Of a stretch of 64,000 bases of DNA, positions 47,252 to 56,488 are shown in pieces (within the stretch, counting starts at the first letter, position 1; every line of letters begins with the position of its first letter). The translations under genes and the position numbers were made by a program. The notes beneath the pieces are model-generated. The model made no database searches. It was not told where the DNA came from and was given only the letters and a program-made list of their open reading frames with translations. The DNA is from a virus. Lineage: Duplodnaviria; Caudoviricetes. The stretch is from positions 6,716 to 70,715 of IMG/VR virus record IMGVR_UViG_3300009709_000299. One strand, 5' to 3'.

Positions 47252-49276
47252 ATGTCAAAACAAGAAAAAAAAATACTATTAAATAGTGAAGGATTATTTA
47301 ATCAAACAAATGAAGATTTATTTTTAGATATAGAATTAAATTGTAATTTTTCAGAAATAAGACCTGAAGTATATAACAATAATTTTGATTTACAAAAAGA
47401 ATTTGAAAATGAAAGAAATACTTCACGAAATTTTGTTTTATATGGTATGATTGATTCTATAGTTAGAATTGACTCTAATAATTTTTTAGAATTATGGAAA
47501 CAAATAATACCACCATCTAAAAATATAGAGAATCCTCAAATACAAACTTATTCTGAAAAGAATTTAATTGTATTAAATGATGGTTCAACGCTTCAATATG
47601 TTCAACTGATAAATACTTCATTATTAAAATATACAACAGGAAATATTTTAGATATCCAAACAAGAAAATATTATATAGAACTTAATAACTATTATAATAC
47701 TGATCAACATGTTGTATATTTATTTGTTAATAGTGAAAAAGTAAAAAGCACATCAAATAACTATTTTGTAAGAAATCAATTATTTAAGCAAGAGTTAGTT
47801 TTTTTTGATACAGATGGAAATTTTATACCATATGGTACAGAAGATGAGTTTATAAATAATGATGGTACTACATTTAGTGTAAATAACAATTTTCCATTTT
47901 TTTATAATAAGCATTGGGTAAAAAATAATATTACTATAAATAGAGCTTATACCTCTAAAGTATCTTTTGAAGTAGATACAGTAAAAATTAAAGAAGGACA
48001 AACTATAAATGTAAATGTTGTTTTAGATAAACCTACATTACAAACTTGTAGTATTGTGTTACAATATTTAAATTTAACAGCAACACAAGATGATTATACA
48101 ATCTTACAAAATACTTTAACTTTTAATAAAGGAACAAAGAATGCAAGTTTATCAATAAAAGCAAATATTGATTCTAATGTAGAAGTGTCTGAAAAATTCA
48201 AAATAAGTATGTCTCAGTTTTTTGAATGTGAAATAGGTGCCATTTCAGAATTAGAAGTAACCATTTTAAAAACAGAGATTACAAATTTTGTAAACTACAA
48301 TTTACAAAATTTGTATAAAAATTTACTTTCTTTTGGAGAAAATAATCTGAATAATTCAGTTTTATTTTCTAATTTAAGAGATGGATATTTTGTAGGTGAT
48401 TTGGATTCAAAATCATTCTTTCCAAATGATGATTATGTAATTTCTATTAAAAATCTAGGTATAGATACACTATTTTCAACAAACGATATTTTAAATAATG
48501 AAATAATATTTAAATCGGGTGAAACATTAAGTTTTCAATATATAAATTCATATAGTGGTAATTCTACGCAATCATTAGGTATAAAAATAAATATTAGTCC
48601 TTTTTCACAATATAGTGCTATTGTAAATATAAATGGAATTATATATACTAATATAAAAACAAATCAAGATTTGATTACAAAATTAAATAATGATAATAAT
48701 ATTAAATATTATATTTATTCACTAGAGCAAATTTTAGATGCAGATGGTAACATATTTGAAGAATATGTATTATTACGTTCTACAACACCAGGATTACCAA
48801 TTATAGTTAAAAATTTAGAAACAAATATAACACCAGTAGAATTTGGCATTATGTCAGGAGTAGATTCAAGATTTACTAATTACATACCTTATTCATCTAT
48901 ACCTCCTAATATAAAGTTATTTTCTAATTCAAAAGATGGTAATTTTTGTAATTATGAATTTACTATAAAAAAACAAGGATATAAAGATATTAATATATCC
49001 TCTACTTCACTACTTGCAAATAATAGTGGAAACACATATTATTTAGTTACAGGATATAGAGATATAAATTCTGCTTATAAAGATGAAGAATGTTTGAATC
49101 CAGGTGAATTATCAAATTTTATTAACCTTTCAACAGTTTATGTTAATGGATTGTTATTTAATTTTAATTCAAATAATTTAACCGATACTATTTATAGTAA
49201 ATTTTTACCTAAACCTATTAATGTAATAGATTGTACAAAACAGAATAATATAGGTGGTTTTAATATTTTAATATAA
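47252..49276 (+). CDS. Virion protein with a Calx-beta/Ig-like domain
   Basis: 674 aa; VSFE...IKEG...VVLDKP...TATQDDY...LTFNKG...D.NVE.SEKF matches a Calx-beta repeat. Confidence 0.65.
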   Translation: MSKQEKKILLNSEGLFNQTNEDLFLDIELNCNFSEIRPEVYNNNFDLQKEFENERNTSRNFVLYGMIDSIVRIDSNNFLELWKQIIPPSKNIENPQIQTYSEKNLIVLNDGSTLQYVQLINTSLLKYTTGNILDIQTRKYYIELNNYYNTDQHVVYLFVNSEKVKSTSNNYFVRNQLFKQELVFFDTDGNFIPYGTEDEFINNDGTTFSVNNNFPFFYNKHWVKNNITINRAYTSKVSFEVDTVKIKEGQTINVNVVLDKPTLQTCSIVLQYLNLTATQDDYTILQNTLTFNKGTKNASLSIKANIDSNVEVSEKFKISMSQFFECEIGAISELEVTILKTEITNFVNYNLQNLYKNLLSFGENNLNNSVLFSNLRDGYFVGDLDSKSFFPNDDYVISIKNLGIDTLFSTNDILNNEIIFKSGETLSFQYINSYSGNSTQSLGIKINISPFSQYSAIVNINGIIYTNIKTNQDLITKLNNDNNIKYYIYSLEQILDADGNIFEEYVLLRSTTPGLPIIVKNLETNITPVEFGIMSGVDSRFTNYIPYSSIPPNIKLFSNSKDGNFCNYEFTIKKQGYKDINISSTSLLANNSGNTYYLVTGYRDINSAYKDEECLNPGELSNFINLSTVYVNGLLFNFNSNNLTDTIYSKFLPKPINVIDCTKQNNIGGFNILI

Positions 49277-49283
49277 TTGATGT

Positions 49284-49805
49284 ATGAATAATGATTTAAA
49301 ATATAGTTTATATTTGGATATTGTTTTTATTACTGGCAATACAACATATTCTAATATAGATTTAATATCTAAAATAAGAGGAAAAAATGGAACATTATTA
49401 GATGTTCCAGAATCTGATTTTTTTTTAACAATACCATTATATAAACAATCAAGAATAGAAGAATATGTTGATGTTCAAAAACAAGATGGGATTCAGACAA
49501 TAGAACGTCAAAATTTTAATCCATTTTTTATAGAATATTCTTTTTTTGATTCAGTAACAAGAAATAAAATATTTAATGGTGATCAATTAAATTCTTTACA
49601 AATAAATTATATTAGATCAGTAAGACCAGACATATCTTCAACTACAGATATAAAAACTTGGTTTAATAATATAGGATATTCTCAATTGCCATGGTTTCCA
49701 GGAACAATACAAGAAGTAACAGTAGATATGATTGATATAATAGGAAAAACAAATTTAAGTATTGTATCTAAAGCTAATTTATATCCAATAGAAATAAATT
49801 CATAA
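49284..49805 (+). CDS. Hypothetical virion protein
   Basis: 173 aa in the baseplate operon. Confidence 0.6.
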   Translation: MNNDLKYSLYLDIVFITGNTTYSNIDLISKIRGKNGTLLDVPESDFFLTIPLYKQSRIEEYVDVQKQDGIQTIERQNFNPFFIEYSFFDSVTRNKIFNGDQLNSLQINYIRSVRPDISSTTDIKTWFNNIGYSQLPWFPGTIQEVTVDMIDIIGKTNLSIVSKANLYPIEINS

Positions 49806-49807
49806 AC

Positions 49808-50476
49808 ATGTCAAGAAATTATATTATATTAGAAAAAAATAATAATTTGTTATTTACAGGAATAACTAGTTCGTTAAGTTTAAATGATAATTATTATTCT
49901 TATGATCAATCTGGTTTAAATAAAGGAATTGTTACAGAATTTAATGTAAAACAATTTTTAAATGATTCATCTAACGAAAAAATAGCAATTGATTTTTTTA
50001 ATTATTTAAACAATAATACATCTTCTTCAGAATTATATGAAATAAATAATGATAACAAAAAGTTATCAGATTTATTTAAAAAATATTATAATACTTCTAT
50101 ATTATTAGGAAGAGAAAGCTCGATGTCTTTTGTAGATGAAAGTTTAATATTTACTAGTGGTATTACTATAAATAATATTAATTATGCTTTAACTGCTGCT
50201 ACTATTGTAGAAAATATAATGACAGGAACTCCTGCCATGATTATATCATCTACAAAAAGATTGAATGATATAAAAGAAGAACTAACAACCTATACTATAG
50301 AACCTAGTTATTATATTGATCTTCTACTAAACTTTACTATTGGAGAAATAGCACAAATTAAATTTGCTGATTTTTTATTAGATGAGCAAATTATAATTAG
50401 TGGAAAAACAGTAAACTTGAAACAAGGATTTGTAAATTTAAATATTTCCACTAATCCAAATGAATTTTGGTATTAA
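49808..50476 (+). CDS. Hypothetical virion protein
   Basis: 222 aa; last gene of the baseplate operon; stop overlaps a convergent stop. Confidence 0.6.
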   Translation: MSRNYIILEKNNNLLFTGITSSLSLNDNYYSYDQSGLNKGIVTEFNVKQFLNDSSNEKIAIDFFNYLNNNTSSSELYEINNDNKKLSDLFKKYYNTSILLGRESSMSFVDESLIFTSGITINNINYALTAATIVENIMTGTPAMIISSTKRLNDIKEELTTYTIEPSYYIDLLLNFTIGEIAQIKFADFLLDEQIIISGKTVNLKQGFVNLNISTNPNEFWY

Positions 50477-51252
50477 TTATTTAAACAAATCCATAAATTT
50501 TTATATAAAACTTTAGCTTTATTTTCAGATAATCCTGACATTTGACCATCATTTAATTCAACTAATATCCATTCTCCATTTTCTTTTTGTGCAATATCTA
50601 CTACATAAAAATTAGTATATTTTTTTGCTATAGAAGCTATTTTTTTAGCAAAATTTAATGCTTTTTCACTTAATTTATGATCAGTTTTTTCAGCTATCCC
50701 CCAATAATAAGCATATGTTAAAATGCTTTCTTGGTAAAAGAAAAAACGCCACTCATTAGTAAATCGCATTCCATTTATTCCAATTTCATAAGTTATTAGT
50801 GGTTCATATTCTCTATAAATAACACCTTGCTGACAAATTAAAGGATCTTGCATTAGTTTCCATCCTATTTCTATAGCTTGTTTTTTATTTTCAGCAAACA
50901 TCATAGTATCCCACATTTGTTTTTTAGAGTTTGTCTTGCCTTTTACAACAAATTTACCCTCTGGTAAAATATTTGGTTGAAAATATGTTTTAAATGTATA
51001 TTGTTCTAGTGCTTCATACCATTGAAAATCTGCTATCCATTTATATTGTTCATAAGAATTTATGAGTTTTCCTCCCAGGTTATTTACATCCACCTCTAAT
51101 TCTTTATAATATGGTAAAACAGAATATCTTCCTATAATTAAATCATCTTTTTGAATTTCAGAACGATAAGTTATTGTTGGAAATATATTTTTAACTATTT
51201 GAAGCTCTTCTTCATTGGTTTGATCTGGTCTAAATAATATGGTTGGTTTCAT
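50473..51252 (-). CDS. ATP-grasp domain protein (R2K/DUF4343-like)
   Basis: KLINSYEQ, FVVKG, YREYEP, NEWRFFF, VVDIAQ...WILVELNDGQMSGL. Confidence 0.8.
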   Translation of the reverse strand: MKPTILFRPDQTNEEELQIVKNIFPTITYRSEIQKDDLIIGRYSVLPYYKELEVDVNNLGGKLINSYEQYKWIADFQWYEALEQYTFKTYFQPNILPEGKFVVKGKTNSKKQMWDTMMFAENKKQAIEIGWKLMQDPLICQQGVIYREYEPLITYEIGINGMRFTNEWRFFFYQESILTYAYYWGIAEKTDHKLSEKALNFAKKIASIAKKYTNFYVVDIAQKENGEWILVELNDGQMSGLSENKAKVLYKNLWICLNN

Positions 51253-51356
51253 TTATATAGTATTTTATTGGCAATAATACAAATTTTTATAAAAAATTAC
51301 AAATATTTTACAATTATACTTTTTTAATTCTATTTATATGAAAAAAACATAATTAT

Positions 51357-51503
51357 ATGAATAAAAAAGAAAGATTAATTCACACAATAAACGTTGATGT
51401 TTGTAATGAATTTAAAAAATTAACAACAGAATTAACTATTAATAGATCAGCATTAATTGAAAAAATGATTAAAACTTGGATTAATGAACAAAAAAATAAG
51501 TAA
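51357..51503 (+). CDS. Stand-alone ribbon-helix-helix protein, 48 aa (not in the ORF track)
   Basis: Hand translation MNKKERLIHTINVDVCNEFKKLTTELTINRSALIEKMIKTWINEQKNK; aligns with the C-terminus of 12718-13344; motif CTATTTATA at 51330-51338. Confidence 0.7.
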   Translation: MNKKERLIHTINVDVCNEFKKLTTELTINRSALIEKMIKTWINEQKNK

Positions 51504-51509
51504 TATATT

Positions 51510-51776
51510 ATGATAACTGATGAAGTTTTAGAAATTTTAAAAAAATAAGAGTTGAAAAAGGATATAGACTTGACCATTTAGAGGATTGGTATGGAGGATT
51601 TAGAAAAAATGAAGTTAAAAAACACATATCATAAATAATTTTGAAAAAAAATTTATAGTATGAATGATATAGTAAGAGCTTGTTTCACTAATTTTCTCTT
51701 TTTAGAATGGAAATTTGTTAAATCAAAAGATGGTTTTTGTAATAAAAAAAATGATAGGTTATATATAATTATTTAA
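51510..51776 (+). pseudogene. Possible decayed gene remnant
   Basis: Protein-like fragments in shifting frames: MITDEVLEILKK / IRVEKGYRLDHLEDWYGGFRKNEVKKHIS / MNDIVRACFTNFL / LEWKFVKSKDGFCNKKNDRLYIII. Confidence 0.3.
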
Positions 51777-51802
51777 AACTATTTATTTAAAATAAAAAAA
51801 CA

Positions 51803-52684
51803 ATGAGTGTAGGAACATACGGTTTAAAAAATCTTGCAAGTGTATCTTTTAATGATGTAGATATTCTTTATACTTATTCACCTACAAGACAAGATGTGGG
51901 AGATTTACAATTTAATCCATTATTTAGTAATATTACTAATAATGAACTTAGAAAAATTATAGGTGCAGATGGCTTATATAAGCTTAGATTACCTGCTAAT
52001 GTTTTTAATCGTTTGGGTTTTTATTCTGTTTTAATTAAACCAAAATCTTTTGAAATAGAAATTGTAGACTGTTCTTTTATTGTTCAAAATCAAGATAATG
52101 AAATACAAATTTCTAAAAAAGGAATTGTAATACCAGCTTTACAATTTCGTCAAACAGGTTCTCTTATAGGATATAAGATAGAATATTTTGATGATAATGG
52201 AAATAAAATAAATAATTTATTTAGAATTATTACAAGTTCTGATTTAGTATCTTTAGCTTCAAATACTAATAGTAATTCACCTGCTTCTACAAGTTATAAT
52301 TTGGATTCAAATGGTTCTTTTTTATTTTTAACTTTAACTCCTGATGAATTAAGCTTGATTTCAAATCAACAAAAAGTTGATTTAGGAAAAGCAGGTCAAA
52401 AAATATTACTTTCCAATACTTTTTTTGATCCAGAAATTATTGAAATAGAAATGGTAGATCAAACTATTAAAACGCTTAGTTGGGGAATTTATGGAAATTC
52501 TACTAGAGATCTTGATTCAGGTGTATTTTCGATTTTTGATGAATTTGGAAATTTATATAAACAATATAATTTGTATACTCAAAAAAAACAGTTTAGTGAT
52601 GGTTCTATAGATATTAAAGAACAAAGAACTTCTATAAATTTAGATCAAACATTTTTTAATTTAGCACAAGGAATTGGTTCATAA
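51803..52684 (+). CDS. Virion structural protein (baseplate/fibre attachment region)
   Basis: 293 aa; late motif CTATTTAT at 51779-51786; upstream of the fibre genes. Confidence 0.6.
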   Translation: MSVGTYGLKNLASVSFNDVDILYTYSPTRQDVGDLQFNPLFSNITNNELRKIIGADGLYKLRLPANVFNRLGFYSVLIKPKSFEIEIVDCSFIVQNQDNEIQISKKGIVIPALQFRQTGSLIGYKIEYFDDNGNKINNLFRIITSSDLVSLASNTNSNSPASTSYNLDSNGSFLFLTLTPDELSLISNQQKVDLGKAGQKILLSNTFFDPEIIEIEMVDQTIKTLSWGIYGNSTRDLDSGVFSIFDEFGNLYKQYNLYTQKKQFSDGSIDIKEQRTSINLDQTFFNLAQGIGS

Positions 52685-52783
52685 TATTATGAATATTTTA
52701 AAACCTAAAAATTAACTGAAATAAAATCGGGTTTATTAATTTGTTTTCTATTTATAGTAGAAATAAATTTAAACCACATAAAC

Positions 52784-54871
52784 ATGAGTATCTCAGGAAC
52801 ACCTTTTTTAGGACAAGATTCAACAAATTCAATTATCCCAATGTCAGGCAATAATATTGCATCAGGATTTTATTCTTTTGTTGCAGGGGGCAAAAATAAT
52901 AAAACAAATGGTAATTATGCACACGCAGAAGGATTTGGTACTTTTGCAAAAGAAATGTATTCTCATGCAGAAGGCTATCAAACATTATCATCTGGTGTAT
53001 ATTCACATACAGAAGGAGGATTAACATCAGCCACAACTATTGGTGCGCATGCAGAAGGAGCTCAAACACTAGCATCAGGATTTCATTCTCATGCAGAAGG
53101 ATTAACTACAATAGCATCTGGAGCAAGATCACATGCAGAAGGACAATCCACAAAAGCTACTGGGCAAGCTTCACACTCTGAAGGTATTGGAGCTTATAGT
53201 ATTGGTTTAGCTTCACATGCAGAAGGCTTTAATTCTATAGCACTAGGACAATTTTCACATGCAGAAGGTTTAGCTTCAACTGCTATTACTACTGCAAGTC
53301 ATGCAGAGGGATATAGAACTTTATCATCTGGTGTTTTTGCGCATGTAGAAGGATTTATGTCATTATCATCTGGATATATTTCACACGCAGAAGGTAGTAG
53401 TACTTTAGCATCTGGTACATATTCTCATGCAGAAGGCCTAGAAACATCAGCTACTACAAATGGTTCACATACAGAAGGATTTAGAACATTATCTTCTGGG
53501 TATTTTTCTCATGCAGAAGGAATAAGGTCTATAGCTTCTGGCTTTGTATCTCACTCAGAAGGTTTACAGACATCAGCTACAACAACTGCTTCACATGCAG
53601 AAGGAAATCAAACCTTAGCATCTGGTGTATATTCACATGCAGAAGGTTATAAAACCTTAGCTATAGGTGAAGCTGCTCATGTTGGTGGTATTTTTTCTAT
53701 AGCTAGTGGTAATTCTTCATTTGTTCACTCATCAAATTCTGCTACTTTATCCAATAACTCTTCTATTTTGGGTGGATTTGCAAATAGATTAAATATTTCT
53801 GCAACAGGCTCTACTATTCTTGGTGGTTCTAATATTACTGGTTCATCATCTGATACAGTATATGCTCCAAATCTAACAGCCACTTCAATTTCATCAAATA
53901 TTATTTTTTCAGGTGTAACTGATCTCTCTTTTTTATTTGCTCCAATTTCTTCTATTCCAAAATTTTGTTTTTCTGGAAATGGAAGTAATGGCTCTATAAA
54001 CACAATAAGTGGCTTTAATATTTCTTCGGGATTATTTTCAATAGTAGCAGGAGGTACAGGAAATACAGCTTCTGGTGATTTTTCAGTTGTTATAGGAGGA
54101 ACTAAAAACATAGCTTCTGGTACACTTACTAATGCACAAGGTTATGGAACTGTGTCATCAGGTTTTATGTCTACTACCAATGGTTATTTTACAAAATCTA
54201 CTGATATTTGTTCTCATGCACATGGTTTAATGTGTGAAGCTACTTCTATTGGTTCACATGCTGGTGGATCAGTTTCTATTGCTGCTGGACCACAATCATT
54301 TGTTCACTCTTATAATTCTACTGTTTTATCAAGTAATAGTTCAATACTTGGTGGTATGAATAATAAATTGAATAGTTCTGCATCAAATTCTATTATATTA
54401 GGAGGTTCTAACATTACTGGTTCATCATCTAATACAGTATATATTCCAAATTTAACAGCAACTTCTAATGTATATGCAAATAAATTTTATTCTGGAAATA
54501 CTGAATTAAGTTCAATTTTTTCTAAAGTAAATATAGGGGTTAAAACTGCTATGACATTGAATTCAGGATATTCTAGTATTGCTGGTAATACAGTATCTTA
54601 TAGGAAAGACTCTCTTGGAAATGTGTATTTAATTGGCGGTTTTGTAGTAGGAACTACATCTACTAATGAATTTGCTACATTACCATCTGGATTTAGACCA
54701 TCTACTCCAAGAGAATTTGCAGTTGCAGGAGCTGCTAGTACTAATGGAGGAACTTTTATATGTGTAGTTAATACAAATGGTCAGTGTCAAATAGTAAATT
54801 TAAATGGTTCTAATTTAACCAGTGGAAAAGTTACATATATTGATAATGTTTTTTTTAATATTAATGATTAA
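52784..54871 (+). CDS. Tail fibre/adhesin A with YadA-head-like 14-aa HxEG repeats
   Basis: 695 aa; 18 HxEG units with 14-residue period; C-terminal YRKD...VYLIGG...FATLPSGFRP fibre-tip domain; late motif at 52748-52756. Confidence 0.82.
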   Translation: MSISGTPFLGQDSTNSIIPMSGNNIASGFYSFVAGGKNNKTNGNYAHAEGFGTFAKEMYSHAEGYQTLSSGVYSHTEGGLTSATTIGAHAEGAQTLASGFHSHAEGLTTIASGARSHAEGQSTKATGQASHSEGIGAYSIGLASHAEGFNSIALGQFSHAEGLASTAITTASHAEGYRTLSSGVFAHVEGFMSLSSGYISHAEGSSTLASGTYSHAEGLETSATTNGSHTEGFRTLSSGYFSHAEGIRSIASGFVSHSEGLQTSATTTASHAEGNQTLASGVYSHAEGYKTLAIGEAAHVGGIFSIASGNSSFVHSSNSATLSNNSSILGGFANRLNISATGSTILGGSNITGSSSDTVYAPNLTATSISSNIIFSGVTDLSFLFAPISSIPKFCFSGNGSNGSINTISGFNISSGLFSIVAGGTGNTASGDFSVVIGGTKNIASGTLTNAQGYGTVSSGFMSTTNGYFTKSTDICSHAHGLMCEATSIGSHAGGSVSIAAGPQSFVHSYNSTVLSSNSSILGGMNNKLNSSASNSIILGGSNITGSSSNTVYIPNLTATSNVYANKFYSGNTELSSIFSKVNIGVKTAMTLNSGYSSIAGNTVSYRKDSLGNVYLIGGFVVGTTSTNEFATLPSGFRPSTPREFAVAGAASTNGGTFICVVNTNGQCQIVNLNGSNLTSGKVTYIDNVFFNIND
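54664..54728 (+). repeat. Left copy of a 65-bp inverted repeat (64/65 identical to 55066-55130)
   Basis: TAATGAATTTGCTACATTACCATCTGGATTTAGACCATCTACTCCAA (47 bp exact) + one mismatch + AGAATTTGCAGTTGCAG. Confidence 0.9.
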
Positions 54872-54880
54872 TAAAAAAAA

Positions 54881-54932
54881 ATATGATTAAAAAAAAAAGG
54901 TGATTGTTAATCACCTTTTTTTTTAATCATAT
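54881..54932. terminator. Bidirectional terminator between the convergent fibre genes
   Basis: ATATGATT(A10)GGTGATT - GTT - AATCACC(T9)AATCATAT; near-perfect arms of 25 and 24 nt. Confidence 0.85.
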
Positions 54933-56440
54933 AAATAGAAAGATACACCATCTACATAAACATTATTTCCATTATCTAATACTGATCCATCACCTTTAAC
55001 TATTTGAACAGAACCTGTAGAGTTTACAATACAAATAAAAAAGCCACCATTTGATCCAGCTGCTGCTGCAACTGCAAATTCTTTTGGAGTAGATGGTCTA
55101 AATCCAGATGGTAATGTAGCAAATTCATTATTTCCACCTATTGATCCTACAGTTAATATTCCTTTAAAATGTATATATCCCATAGAATCTTTTCTATAAG
55201 AAGGACTTCCACCATATCCACTCGCTAAACTAAATGCTGTTGTTGTTCCTGAACTATAGCTTGTTTGTGATATTATTGTTGCTAAATTTGTTGTTCCAGA
55301 AAAAAAATTTTGTGCATATATACTTGTTCTTGCTGTGAAATTTACACCATAAATCATATCTGCTGTATTTCCTGTAATATTAGAGCCACCTAAAATTGTT
55401 GACCCTGTAGCAGCAGAATTTAATCTATTGCCAAAACCGCCAATAATAGAAGCATTATTTGCTAATACATTAGAATTAGATGCATGTATGAATGATGCAT
55501 TACCAGAAGATGTTGAACCTGAACCACCCGCATGAGAACCATAACCAGAAGCTGAATTTAATACCCCTTCTGCATGTGAATTTATTCCAGAAGCTGTAGT
55601 TAAATATCCTTCTGCATGAGTCCTTGTTCCAGAAGCTATTGTTAAACGACCTTCTGCATGTGAATATATACCAGATGCTAAAGTACTACTACCTTCTGCA
55701 TGCGAAGCAGTTGTTGTAGCAGTTGTTCCAACTCCTTCTGCATGAGAACCTTGACCATTTGATCTTGTAGATTGTCCTTCTGCATGAGATCTAGGACCAG
55801 ATGCTATAGTTGTTAATCCTTCTGCATGAGAGTGTAATCCAGATGCTAATGTTTGGTTTCCTTCTGCATGTGCACCAGTAGTTGTGGCTGATGTTAATCC
55901 CCCTTCTGTATGTGAATATGCTCCAGATGATATTGTTTGATAACCTTCTGCATGAGAACCATATGATCCTGTTGCTCTAGTAGAATGTCCTTCTGCATGT
56001 GATCTTGCTCCAGATGCTATAGTATTATAGCCTTCTGTATGTGATTGCAATCCAGATGATAATGTATTTCTTCCTTCAGAATGGCTTCCAATAGTGGTAG
56101 CACTAGTTCTAAAACCAAATGATTGAGAAAAATTACCACTTGCTGTATTTCCTGTTCCACCTCCAATAAAAGAATATAATCCAGAAGCTATATTTGATCC
56201 ATTTATGGGTTTTATAGCACCAGTAAATGAATTTCCTGAAAATGGTGAAGATACTAAACTAATTGGAGCAAATAAAAAAGATAATTCAGTTGTTCCTGAG
56301 TATATAGTATTTCCACTTAATATTGATCCATATATTGTATTTGCTGTAACAACATTAAATGGTGCTAAACCACTAAAAGCTTTATTTAAAGCAACTCTAC
56401 CAATTTCAAAATTATCATTAAATCCTAAAAGTTCGCTCAT
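54923..56440 (-). CDS. Tail fibre/adhesin B, paralogue of fibre A
   Basis: 505 aa; 13 HxEG units; same type of C-terminal tip domain; late motif at 56451-56459. Confidence 0.82.
   Translation of the reverse strand: MSELLGFNDNFEIGRVALNKAFSGLAPFNVVTANTIYGSILSGNTIYSGTTELSFLFAPISLVSSPFSGNSFTGAIKPINGSNIASGLYSFIGGGTGNTASGNFSQSFGFRTSATTIGSHSEGRNTLSSGLQSHTEGYNTIASGARSHAEGHSTRATGSYGSHAEGYQTISSGAYSHTEGGLTSATTTGAHAEGNQTLASGLHSHAEGLTTIASGPRSHAEGQSTRSNGQGSHAEGVGTTATTTASHAEGSSTLASGIYSHAEGRLTIASGTRTHAEGYLTTASGINSHAEGVLNSASGYGSHAGGSGSTSSGNASFIHASNSNVLANNASIIGGFGNRLNSAATGSTILGGSNITGNTADMIYGVNFTARTSIYAQNFFSGTTNLATIISQTSYSSGTTTAFSLASGYGGSPSYRKDSMGYIHFKGILTVGSIGGNNEFATLPSGFRPSTPKEFAVAAAAGSNGGFFICIVNSTGSVQIVKGDGSVLDNGNNVYVDGVSFYLYD
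55066..55130 (-). repeat. Right copy of the 65-bp inverted repeat
   Basis: Reverse complement of 54664-54728 with one mismatch at 55083. Confidence 0.9.
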
Positions 56441-56488
56441 ATTTTTTGTTTATAAATATTTTAAAAAAAATAACCTATTTGTTTTTTA

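Noticed and set aside
9339-50476. Four-base overlaps of convergent stop codons (TTAA at 9339-9342 and 50473-50476)
   Set aside because: Expected in compact AT-rich genomes that favour TAA.
51531-51548. Programmed -1 frameshift at T TTA AAA
   Set aside because: The downstream frame breaks again at least twice, and A-runs are ubiquitous here; decay or homopolymer error is more likely.
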